Shown one piece after another: positions 1 through 11,002 of a stretch of 49,060 nt of DNA (position 1 is the first letter of the stretch; each line of letters opens with the position of its first letter). Under the pieces are notes generated by a model, which was given only the letters and a program-made list of their open reading frames with translations, was not told the DNA's origin and did not search any database. A program made the translations under genes and the position numbers. Source of the stretch: Hyphochytrium catenoides (lineage: Eukaryota; Protista; Hyphochytriomycota); assembly GCA_900088475.1 (NCBI GenBank), contig FLMG01000641.1, forward strand, positions 1-49,060, written 5' to 3'.

Positions 1-890
1 CCGCTGCCCTTCTTTACCCGCTGCCCTAACCCGCTGTCCTAACCCACTGCCCTAACCCACTGCCTATCCCTAACCCGCTGCCTATCCCTAACCCGCTTGC
101 TATCTTATACTATCCCGCTGCCCTATCCCCAATTCCGCTGCCTTACCCCTGACACTCTACCCTTTCTTACCCGCGACCTAACCCACTGCCCTAATCTGCT
201 GCCCAGCCGCTGGCCTATCCAACCGTAACCCATTGCCTAGCCAATCGTAGCCCGCTGCCTGTCCCTAACTCCAACCCTATCTTATACTATCCTGCTGCCC
301 CATCCCAAATCCGCTCCCTTTGCTCTAACCCATTGTATCCCACTGCGTTAACCAGCTGCCTATCCTACCCTAGTCCGCTGTCGGTCCCTAACTCACTCCC
401 TATCCTATACTAACCTTCTGCCCCTTCTGAAATCCGCTGCCTAATATCTAACCCGCTACGCTTTCTTACTCACTGCTTAGCCCGCTGCCCTAACCTGCTG
501 CCAATCCTACCCTAACCCGCCTATCCCTAACCCGCTCCGTATCCTATACTATCCGGCTGCCCCTTCCCAAGCCCGCGGCCCTATCTTTAACCCGCTGCCC
601 TTCCTTACCCGCTTCCTAACCCTAACTCTAACCCGCTCCCTATCCCTAATCCGCTCCCTCTCTTATACTAATCCGGTGCCCCATCCGTCTGCCTTATCTC
701 TAACCCGTTGCCCCATCCCAAATCCGCTGTCTTAACCGCTACCCTTCTTTACCCGCTTCCTAACCCGCTGCCCTTTCCCGCTGCCTATCCCTAACCCGCT
801 CTCTACTTTATACTAATTTAGTGCCCCATCCCAACCCACTGCCTTATCCCTAACACGCTACCCTTTGTTACCCGCTAGCTAACCCGCTGC
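1..890. repeat. Subtelomeric satellite built from degenerate CCCTAA telomere units interspersed with CCGCTG, with a ~120-175 bp higher-order unit
   Basis: Recurrent CCCTAACCCGCTG-like units. A landmark tatc(t/c)tatacta-like motif recurs near 101, 278, 401, 540, 659 and 804. The C-rich strand is on +, as expected at a left chromosome end with TTAGGG telomeres. Confidence 0.85.
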
Positions 891-1182
891 TCTTCTTTTT
901 ATCCCCTGCTTTTACGTCACCGGCTGCCCTGTGCCCTCCCTTGCTTGTTGAGTTAATCTCTCTCTTTCTCCCTAACACCAACTGCCCTCCTCAGTATCTA
1001 TCATAACTTGAAAATGCTCCTTATTTTTGGCAACTACTCTCCCATACTCTTTTCTAACCTTACAAATGCCCACTCTTTTTCACGCGCCTAACTCTACTAC
1101 CCCAGCTTCACTCATCCGGGTCGACTTGTTTACACTGTCTTATATGCTACTAGAGAGAGAACAGAGTTGAGGCTATGAGCTG

Positions 1183-2160
1183 TGTAGCACAGAGTTTGTT
1201 CTCGCTAGTCACTGATGTGGAGTTTCACTTGCAGGCTAGGTGTCTGTTTCTCAACTACGGTTTATGGAATTTATCGGACTTCTTGTAAGAGAATTTAGGT
1301 TAGAGCTACAAGCTTTTATCAGTCTAACTCTACAAACAGGTTTGTCAGCACAGCACAGTGACAGTTGGCAAATCTCCCTCTCAGACTGAGAGAGTTCGGT
1401 TATGTCCATAAGAGACGCAGAGGTAACCGTAGCCTAAGGCTTCCTATGCCAGAGTCGAGTAGTCACCACTTGATAGACGGGTAGATTGTTCCCTGACCTC
1501 ACTTAACTATGGCCCGAGGGTTCTCTCCTGATCCGTTACAAGTTGACCAGTGAAACTCCATAGTAACCTCTGTACGTGAACTGTACTCACTAAGCTACAA
1601 CCCCTCCTCGCGTCACAGGTCTCCCAGCTTGATTGCATCACATGTCGGCGGATGATTGACCGGGGCACTGCCTTCGTCAACATGTCAGCTATCATCTCTT
1701 CCGCGAGGCAGTAGAGAAGCTGAACCATTCCAGATTGAACAAACTCACACACAAAGTGAAATCTCACATCGAGATGCTTATTCCGCCTCTTGTGGCTCTC
1801 CTAATTAGCTAGAGAAATAGCTCTTGATTGTCCTCGTGAAGGACTAGAGGAGAGTCCTTACCAACTCCGAGAGCTTTCGCAACCTTCTTCAGCAAAAGGA
1901 GTTCCCTTGTAGCCTCACTGGCCCCAACATATTCGGCTTCTGTACTGGAAAGAGCCACAGACTTCTGCCTTTTAGATGCCCCCATCACTGCATTTCGGGC
2001 TAGTAAGAATTTGAATCCATAGGTAGACTTCAGTCCATCCAGATCTCCTGCCCAGTCGGCATCTGGGTACCCGCAAATAGCTTCAGGGCTATCACCTGTG
2101 AAGGTTAGGCCATAGTCTTCCTTACACTTGAGATATCTAAAGGATCCATTGACTGTTTTG
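1183..2160 (-). mobile_element. Truncated, degenerate Ty1/copia LTR retrotransposon (RT/RNase H C-terminus, PPT, 3' LTR)
   Basis: The minus strand reads RYLK...GYPDADWAGDLDGLKST...SKRQKSVALSSTEAEY...LHEDNQ, then a frameshift and an in-frame TAG, then KHLDVRFHFV...MIADMLTKA (copia RNase H). PPT GCGAGGAGGGG at 1601-1611. LTR about 1183-1599, bounded by TGTAGC...GCTACA. Confidence 0.9.
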
Positions 2161-2919
2161 CTCTGTCCTACACGTACTTCAGTATGTCAACTTGTTGTCC
2201 CTCACTCCTACTTCTATCTCTGCTACAAGCAAAGAAACAAAAAGTAGGGGAGGAGAAACAGCGGGGTCGACGCATGGGCGTGCCCTGTGCTTTGGTTTAG
2301 CAAGGGAGAAACGATGACAGACCCTCCTTTTATCTTTATTCCTTCGTCTACTCCTCCAAGTCTTTTTATTCGTATATTCATGCATCCTCTGTCTCCCTTC
2401 GCCTTCTGTGTAGCGTCCTTCCCGGTGACAAGCGTCAGGCACCTGGGCCGAAGTTGAATGGAGGAAGAAGAGAGGGCAGACGGAGTGTCCCCCTACTGAA
2501 AGAAATTTTACGCCTTTGGAGGGAGAAGAAAGGAGAAACAGAAGAGAGAAGCAAAAGAGGGGACCGCATACGTCAATTGGTTTTCTCTCTCTCTACTGAA
2601 GCGATTTCTTTGTTTGCTGGAAATTGATCTCGTGACTCTGTGCATTCTCACACAATTTCATAAACGATAGAGGGACAAGAGGGGAAAGACATCAAGGAGC
2701 GGCTGAAAGAGCGAGAAGAGTAGAGAAGTAGAAAGAAAAAGAGAGGACATCCCCTGCGTCTCCTGAGTGTATCGTTAGAATCAATGATACTCTGATGCCT
2801 TTCCTTCTAGTCGCTACCGCTTTCTTCCCTTACGCGTAGGTTTTTCTGCTTGCAGAAGGTCCATCGTATATTCAGGAACGTTCTCTATTATGTTGAAACT
2901 CCCGTACTTTAGTCTCTGA

Positions 2920-3153
2920 ATCAGTCAATGAGACTTTTTTCGCACCTCTTCATTATCAGAATGATGATAGTCGGAAGAAGAAGATAATTACCGGCGATGG
3001 AGATTGCAAAATGAGATAAAGAGGTTTTGCCAATTCATCAGTCCATGAGACTTTTTTCGCACCTCTTCCTTATCAGAATGGTGATAGTCGGAAGAAGAAC
3101 ATAATTACCGGCGATAGAGATTGCAAAATGCGATAAAGAGGTTTTGCCAGTTC
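2920..3153. repeat. Tandem duplication, 2 x ~117 bp
   Basis: atcagtc(a/c)atgagacttttttcgcacctcttc...gaggttttgcca(a/g)ttc starts at 2920 and again at 3037, with a few substitutions. Confidence 0.9.
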
Positions 3154-4519
3154 AGAAGTGAAGGGGACTGGGGGATGCTAGGACGTAGCACTAAGAACCT
3201 ATACATTACACAGGAGAAAGAAAGAATGATAGGGAAAGCCGCTGTAAAGAGAAACAATGAGATAAGGGGGGAATGTTGTTGAGGTTGGTGGAGATAGAGA
3301 GCGATAGAAAAGGAGGTCAGATTAAGAAAAGCAGGCTGCTACTTCAGATCGGGCTAACAGACAGGGCAGACATGCAGATTGAGGAGCGGTACGTACTGAA
3401 GATCTCCCAACAGAAATGTAAAAAGAAAATAGAGCGATTGTCTCCGAGGACCAAAAACAGGTAGAGAATTATTGACTGAAGGAATTAAGGGGCGGGCTGG
3501 AGATGCGTGATGCACGAAATGGGAAAATGAACAGCGGTAAAAGAAGGTGAACACTGTGCCCTAATCATATTAGCATTTATATAGGGACAGAGAGAGAAAG
3601 AGGAAAAAGAGAAAGCAGAAAGAATGATGGACGAGTGAGGCCAGTTAAAGCTAAAGAAAAGAAAGCGGTGACAAATAGAAGTTAATGAAGCAAATCTGAA
3701 CGGTAATCATAGCTACATAGTACATAGCTACGGATGAAATTGGGCTAAATAATGACAGAAAGCCTGCCTGGAAAGAGAGGGAGAGGTAGGGTTGTCCTAG
3801 CTACTTAAGAGAGGACACAAAAAGAAGGTTATCAGGAGATCAGCGTAGGGCAAGAGGAAGAGAGAGGCAGATGAGTGGCTACATGATGCCAGCCTCTTAT
3901 GTAGGAATAGGAACCCTAATCATAAGCAGGAGAGTGGACCATAACACTAGGAAACTATCAAGAACCGTTGAGGAGAAGCGAAGAGGAAAGGCTACAGAGA
4001 AGTCTCCTTTCCGGCCGCCACTCGCTGACTCCGAGTGTAGACGCTTAGCTACGCAGGAGGCTGTCTTTCAATCGTTGGGCGCTGCCTGCCATGCACTCGC
4101 CAATCCGGTCGCCTCCTATGGCTAAGTACTAACCAGAATTAGTACGAACAACGACTAGCTGCAAGGCAGAATTCGCTGCTGGGCTCAAAGTTGGAGTGAT
4201 CTTTGTACGACGCCAGGTATTTATTTACCTGATGGGAACGGTCACCACTGTCTACACATGGATGGGCAGGCCAATGACGACATCCTTGAGGTTAGAAACC
4301 CGCTTGATGAGAAAAATAGTAGAAGGAGAAAGATAGGTCATAGACGCTCTAGACAATACCAGAGTACAGGGGCTAATTAAAGAGCGACTGTTAGGAATGT
4401 TCGTCAGTTATCCTAGATAGAAGAAAGAGGATTGAAGAGGAGCTTCTTCCTAAGGCTCTAACATCATCGATAGTCAAGTATTTGCGTCACATCTCAGAAG
4501 AGCAAGCCTATTAATAAAG

Positions 4520-4582
4520 NNNNNNNNNNNNNNNNNNNNNNNNNNNNNNNNNNNNNNNNNNNNNNNNNNNNNNNNNNNNNNN
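4520..4582. other. Assembly gap
   Basis: Run of N. Confidence 1.
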
Positions 4583-4653
4583 CCCTTTGCTACCTCAATC
4601 TATAAACTCTGTAGACGAGCGTCTGGGCTTTTTGCCATCTCCTCAAGTACAGG

Positions 4654-4944
4654 GCCTTAGTTCGGTGCTGCTATTCGATCCAGGGCAAAGACCTAGGCTG
4701 ACGGCTCGTTGCTGCTCGCTTCACTCTTTGCTCAAAGTCAGGAAAGGGCAATCAAGATGATGGTGCCTAAGAGCTGTTTTCTATTTCCTTCTTCAAATAC
4801 ACAGCCTTAGTTCCGTGTCTGCTAATCGATCCAGGGCAAAGGCTAGGCCAACGGCTTGTTGCTGCTCCCTTCAGTCTTTGCTCAAAGTCAGAAAAGGGCA
4901 ATCAAGATGATGGTGTTGAAGAGCTGTTTTTTATTTCCTTCTTC
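4654..4944. repeat. Tandem duplication, 2 x ~150 bp
   Basis: gccttagttc...gatccagggcaaag...ctttgctcaaagtcag...ggcaatcaagatgatggtg...gagctgtttt...tttccttcttc starts at ~4654 and again at ~4804. Confidence 0.9.
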
Positions 4945-6355
4945 TCTTCTCCTGTTGAACATTAAATAAATATAAGTCATCTGTGCAGAAGCGCTGAAAG
5001 GAGATGAGCGAGCTTAGCGAGAGCAGACACGATTAGCAGGAGGAAGAGAGAGAAAAGAAAGAGAAGAAGGAAAACGAGGAGAAGGAGGGAGAGAGAGAGA
5101 AAAGAAGATGAAGAAAGAGCGTCTGTATTTCTTCTCTAGCTCACCTCACCAGACTTTAGGGGCACTGATAGATCTGGGAAAGTTGGTATTAGAGCGATGG
5201 TCTCTCCCTGTCTCTCTCATTATCTCTCCTAGATTTACTTGAAAGGAGGTATCGTTATCATTTCCTTTTCTTTATTAGTTGACAACGGGGAAAGCGACGG
5301 TACGGTGGGAGGAAGAGTGAAGAAAAATGGAAGAAAAGAGTGGAAAGGTGAGTTTAGCATCTCCACTTCCTGGGCTACGTACTCGCTCTACTAGTAGTAC
5401 ATGAGGATGTGTTGCAGCCAGTCTTAATCTCCCTTAGAAGACTGTTAGTAAAAAGGAAGAAAGGTGTTATATATGTGCATCTGGCTGGACGCTTGACTAT
5501 AATATTCTGAGTTACGAGGAGCTGGCACATTCATCTCTTGGAGCACGCCCTACTACGAGCAGCTGAACAGGCGAGAAGGAGGAGCCCAGCAAAAAAGCAT
5601 CATATCTCTGTCTCCTTCGCTTTGCCTTTTCCTGGATACAGTTACATCTTCTTTCTCCCCTTTCTTCATAGATTTCGTTCCAAGGATGGTGGTCTGTTCA
5701 GTAGAGATGACTTGGCGATAAGCTTTGTTGTGAAAGAGAGTCCTTATGATCACGTCCTCCGCATATTTTCAACTGCGAAAGAGAGTCCTTAGGGCTAGGG
5801 GAGCCGGCACACTGAAGCGACGACTTAGATAAATAGCCCTGCTCACTCTCTTCTTACATGTGATTTGGTCGTCTGCTTTCCTCCTCGATTAAGATAGCAT
5901 CTGTCTTTAATTTTCAGAAAATAATCTGCATTAGTATCTGCGGCTACCTCTCCTCTCTATGGTATATAATGTCATTGTCTCCCGTCTATCTACCTCCATG
6001 TTCCTGTTACGTTCTCTCTATGTCTATCCCTTCACCTTCATCTTCAGCTTCTTCTCTTCCTCCTGCTTGTCGGCCTCGTCTCTTCCTTCATTCCTCAATT
6101 CTTTTACTCTGCCAGGGAGGAGAGAGGAGAGAGTGACTGGCGAGTGCACCCTAACCCTCACCCTTTTAAGACAAATTATTAAGTAATTGCCCTAAAATGG
6201 CTGTACCTTATATAGGTGTGCGCCTACTTTTTTCTTGGTTTGTCCCGTTAGTCTGTCTACTTACAAGGTTTTGCACGGAGATGATATATCTCCTGTAAGA
6301 ATTTTAGAAAGTCTCTAACTATGGGAGGGATCGACTGAATCTAACTCCTCCTTCA

Positions 6356-6398
6356 GCCTAGCCCTAACCCTAACCTCTAGGACATGTCACCCTAACCT
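6356..6398. repeat. Short interstitial telomere-like tract
   Basis: gcctagccctaaccctaacct...accctaacc, at the boundary between the repeat zone and the first gene. Confidence 0.5.
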
Positions 6399-6730
6399 CC
6401 CACACCAGGAATGTCAAGCGCCAGTGCATACATCCTTCTGCCCTTCTCACGACATCCCGCTGAGCAGAAGAGGTAAAGCAGATGCCCAGGAACTATTGAC
6501 TTCTTGATCTCAGATTAGAAACAGCGCCGCAATATCACAAACCACTCTAGCGCTAGAGTTCGTAATTATCATCTTGGCTGTGGATTAGAACCAGGTAGAG
6601 GAGCTCGCTTCCCGTAGACGAATGAGTTTATCCGTGGAGGCGGACTGCCTCAACCCTTGCTCAGTTTCATCCAAATCCTGCCGTCTTGCTGCACCCAAAT
6701 TCTAGAGATAGGTTTTTGACTAGTCAATAT

Positions 6731-9700
6731 TTAGCGAATAGAACGTTGAATGGATAAGCGTACCTCTTCGCTGGGCGGCATGCCGATCTGGGTGGTGGCC
6801 AACATTGATGCAAGGTGTGCGCTCTCCTCATCAACAGTCAAAGGGAGTGGGGGAGGAGGTTTGCCGCCATGGACGTGTCCAGCGACTTTGAAAGTACATA
6901 GAACACAATCTACCGATGGCACAGTCTGGTTGGGCTCCGGTTTGCTTTCTGAAGGTACTTCATCCTTTTCTATACTTGGCAGGTTATTGGTTCCTAGCCC
7001 TTCGTGCCGGTGACCAGAAACCTTAAACTTGCACAAGACGCATTCCTCTAAACAAAATTGGTCAAGGGACGAGGCAACGCTCAGCTAGGGACGTAAATAG
7101 AGTGGGAGTCTCTTGACACTTGAGGCTCTGCCAAATCCCACCTTTGACTGGTCCAGAGTCCATTTGCGTTGTACGCTCCATACATTGACCCTCCAGGATT
7201 AGCTTCTTCGATAATGGCTTGTCGATGCAAGGGGCCAACGGAGTTTTTCCATCATGTACATGTCCAAGTACATTCAGCTGACAAAGCGTGCACTCTGCAA
7301 AACGTTAAAACAATTGTCAACCTAAGCATTGCACCGGAAGCGAGATTCTCACCTTCGTTCACGTTAACAAGTAACTCCATGCTGTTCGATCGAGACCGGG
7401 TTGCAGCCATGTTATTACTGGCATCTGGACAAGGTCACAGATTCCTTTAGGCTCTTCCTCTACGCGGGGCTTGATGTTATCTGAGTATCCTACCTTCGTC
7501 GAGCCCGCTATTTTCCGTGCCTAAACGGTTCTCATCCTCAAATGCCGCGGTATCTTGCCGGCTGGACGTGTTGAGATTTTCTGATTCCGCAGTATCTTCA
7601 TCGATGCCAGATATGGTGGGCAGGAACCTTGAGGCCTTCCTCTTAGCTAAACGACCTCTTCGATTGGCATTTCTCCCTGACATCGGAAGCTCGTGTGACT
7701 CTTCTGGGTGATGTTGACTAGTTCTCCTTGCTTCCTCTTCTTCTTCTTCCTGAAGAGTTGACTCCGTCGATTCTCTAGGAACACCTGGCCTACAAATTGC
7801 AAACGCTGAGGATACTGCTTTTTTGGCGTACGGCTCCTTTTGGGCGCTAGAGATGACTCACATGTCACTTAATTCAATCTGAAGAAGCGAATCCGTAAAC
7901 CTTCGAACCATTGGAACTCCTCTACCCCCTCTACCCGGCAGCTTAGGCTCTGGTTTGAAGACTTCGTCAGGAAGGGTATAGTCTGGAACCTCCTCTATCT
8001 TCATTCGCTCTCGTCGCCTTGCATAAATAATTTCTCTAAAAGGGCCTGTAAAGACGTATTTCATGGCCCTTGCCGAGTAAGGATACTCCTCAAAGCCATC
8101 GTTCTGGCCCTCTTCCAGATGTCTTCGTGCCTATTGGATGTCGACGGTGAATCTCAAAGAACATTACTGCTGCCTGATGGTGATGTGGACAAGACCCTAC
8201 TCACTTCCAACTTTTTCTGGAAAATCAGATCAGCATCAGAGCCTTCAATGAGGGGAAAGCCAGGCCTAGGGTGCTTGCACCCTTTACCGACGGCTTTCTG
8301 GCGAACAGGAACCTCGTCAAGGTCGATAGAAGCACGACGTTTCAGTTTCTCGTATCGAAAAGCCTGGTACTGGTCGGTAGCTGGACCGCTAGGAATTTTG
8401 CTGGTTATTCGCTTCCACCTTTTGAGGGACTACAACCGCTATCGGTCCCTTACCTTGGGTTCGGTAGATCAAAAACAATGCAGGGATGGCACGGCTGATA
8501 CTCGTCATCACAAACTGAGGCGTTGATGTAGGTCGTGTAGCCGTCGCTACTCACTCCATAGGACTCATGCACTAACATGATTGGAGACAAAATCGGTAAA
8601 CGGCGAACGTAGAGACATAGCAAGGCGGCTTACCGTGCCCAAACACGTGGAACTTGGGCCGTAACCTAAATTGCACTTCATTCAGTAAATTTACACATCC
8701 AACATGTTCTGTCTCGCAGACGATGTCGCCTCGGCCGAGGGGAGGAGAATGGGTAAGGAGAACATCGATGTTGTCAGGAATCGCCCGCCACTTCTTTGCA
8801 AGAGCATCTCCACGGGGTAAGTTGAAAGCCCAGTTGCAGAAATCAGGCTGCCACGGCGACCTAAAGAGCAACAGTTAGAAGACATTAGTATAAACCAGGC
8901 CAAAGCACTGTCCCGCCTATGGGGAGGCCGGCCTCCGAGTGACCTGGCAGCAGCCGTTTTCATGGTCCAAAGTATATATAAGAATTATTCTAATAAGGAG
9001 GTACAAAAGAAAGCATACCCGTATATCCGAAAGCCATTTATCACCACCAGCTCGTCCTCTAAATAGACGCAGTTGGAAAGTAGGGATCGGACTTCCTCAG
9101 GATCTAATGCAAAATGGACGCTTTGAACTTGCTTCTACATTGTGCAAACCTCTAGTCAGCTTTTCCTCACCTTGCTTCTCTTTGTGACCATATTTAAGGT
9201 AGTGTCTGGCGTAGTATTCTGGCTGGAAGGTTGATTCATGGTTGCCAGCGACCACCACTTTATACTTATGAGGCAACTGCCGGAGCCACTTACTGAAGGC
9301 AATCACCTACCGTAGAACCCTTTAAGAAGCACGTAGATACGACTATAGCGCAGTGTGTCTGTCTTACCTCTTCTTTCTCTCCAGTGTCAGTGAAGTCACC
9401 TGCACAGGAGAAGATGGAACAAGGCAATAGACTCGTGTCAGAGCATAAAGGAGAGAGAGGTCCCTGCTCACCTAAGACAGGGTCTAGTTCTAACCCCTAA
9501 GCTTACCAGCGTGCAGCAACACATCCCCATCAGGCACTTTGGCGTGTTCATGCAAACCGTGGGTATCTGATATACAAACAAAGCGCGTGTAGCCTGACGG
9601 GCAGGGTACGGATGGATCTACTGCTTCGACCTTCATGAACTTTTGAAACGGTTTGAGCACTTCCCAAGCCCCGTTGGGCTCATTTGCGTACTCCAAAGCT

Positions 9701-9944
9701 TCACGCATGCTTTGAGCAGCAGCATTCTTCCAGAACTCTATGATCCCAGACGGGTCATGCCCGTCTGCACGTAAAGCACTTTCAATCATCTGTCGGGAAA
9801 GTCCAGCTAAGGATACACGTAAGCACTTCGGCTCGGTTCGAAAAGCATCTTTAGAGACCTACCGTTGAGCATCCGAAGATACTTATTGTCGATGCGATCG
9901 AAGGGCTCTAAAACCCGAAGGCTCTCGCTTTTTGCTGGGGGCAT
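6731..9944 (-). CDS. Calcineurin-like metallophosphoesterase (MPPED1/2, 239FB family) with a long C-terminal extension
   Basis: Spliced translation: MPPAKSESL...RFVCISDTHG...DVLLHAGDFTDTG...VVVAGNHE...YLEDE..INGFRIYGSPWQP...LLTHSPPLGRGD...HVFGHVHESYG...YINAS. The frame continues through a phase-compatible GT-AG intron (CCA AG|C GGT) into further exons and ends at the stop at 6731. Confidence 0.9.
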
Positions 9945-11002
9945 GGTTATTGCGCCCTATCAAGACTATCCCTTCTCTCTGCAGCGCCGTCCACAGGGCT
10001 GTCAATGCCTCATAGAAAGTGAAGTGAGCTGTTTATGCAACCTCTCGGTAACACTCCATAATTAAGCATCGCAGCCCTTTTACTGGGAAAACGAGTACCG
10101 CGTAGGCATCACCTTCCGCTGGCACTAGGGACACGGTAAAGGTAGAAATGAGCAAATATGACAAGGTCTCTAGGCGGCCCACTGGGTACTAAACAGGTAG
10201 GGCCTGGGACTTGTAGTTGGAGGTCTGAGTTGTGCTGTCTAACGTTTCTGCATTATCAGCTTCAGCGGATTCTGGACAAAAAAAATTAGATGGCGGTTGA
10301 GGACGATGAATCCAGCTCCTCCGCTGTTGCTGGGCTTTCCCCTCTGGGAGTGATGAAGGGAATCCATCAAGCATCCTGCTAAGAAACGTCTACGTGGGCA
10401 GTTCACAAGCAAGAGCAAGAGGGAGAGGCAAGTTTTTACCAGACACATAGGAGGTATATACCTCTTTCACGCATGCAGAGATTCACACCGATCCTCCTAG
10501 GTTCCGAGCAACCCGAAGGAGAACTGGATTTTTGGAAACGTTTCGTTCCCTTGATTTTTCACAGCCCTTAAGTCGGATCTACCTTTGTTCTGGGTAATTC
10601 TGAACTTCGAGACTCCTATTCTAGGTGATCAGCCGAAGTCTAGCTACCCTACTTTCGATTATCTTCGGACAGCGGTTTAGAAGTGTGTGTTTGGTTGAGA
10701 CTGCGCCATTGGCCGCTGTCAGATCCAGCAGAGACGATGAATGAAGAAATGAAGCAACCATTCAGTCATAACATTTCGCTACTGAGCCATAAGAATAGCT
10801 AATATCAGTGCAATAGAGTAGGCCCACAAAGCCATAGGGAGACATGTGAGAGTGGTGTCCTCTCCAACAATTGGAAGTCGCTAGATGGTCCCTCTGCTGC
10901 CAGGACTCTACCCCTGCTTGCTGCTGAGACCTAGTAGGAGCTCCTTACCCTACAGATTGGACACCTCAGTAATGTAAACTGGAAAATCTGCCCTTTCGTC
11001 CC

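Noticed and set aside
1-890. CRISPR array
   Set aside because: The repeats are degenerate telomere-like words with no unique spacers, there are no cas genes, and the context is eukaryotic.
2920-4944. RIP-like C-to-T hypermutation in the repeats
   Set aside because: Differences between the tandem copies examined include many transversions, with no clear dinucleotide bias.
5184-5195. TGGTATTAGAGC, an 11/12 match to the tRNA-iMet primer-binding site
   Set aside because: It is not preceded by an LTR-terminal CA and no gag ORF follows, so it cannot be distinguished from chance.
10070-10500. U5 snRNA loop I or RNase P CR-I-like words
   Set aside because: The matches are imperfect and lack supporting stems or a CR-V partner.
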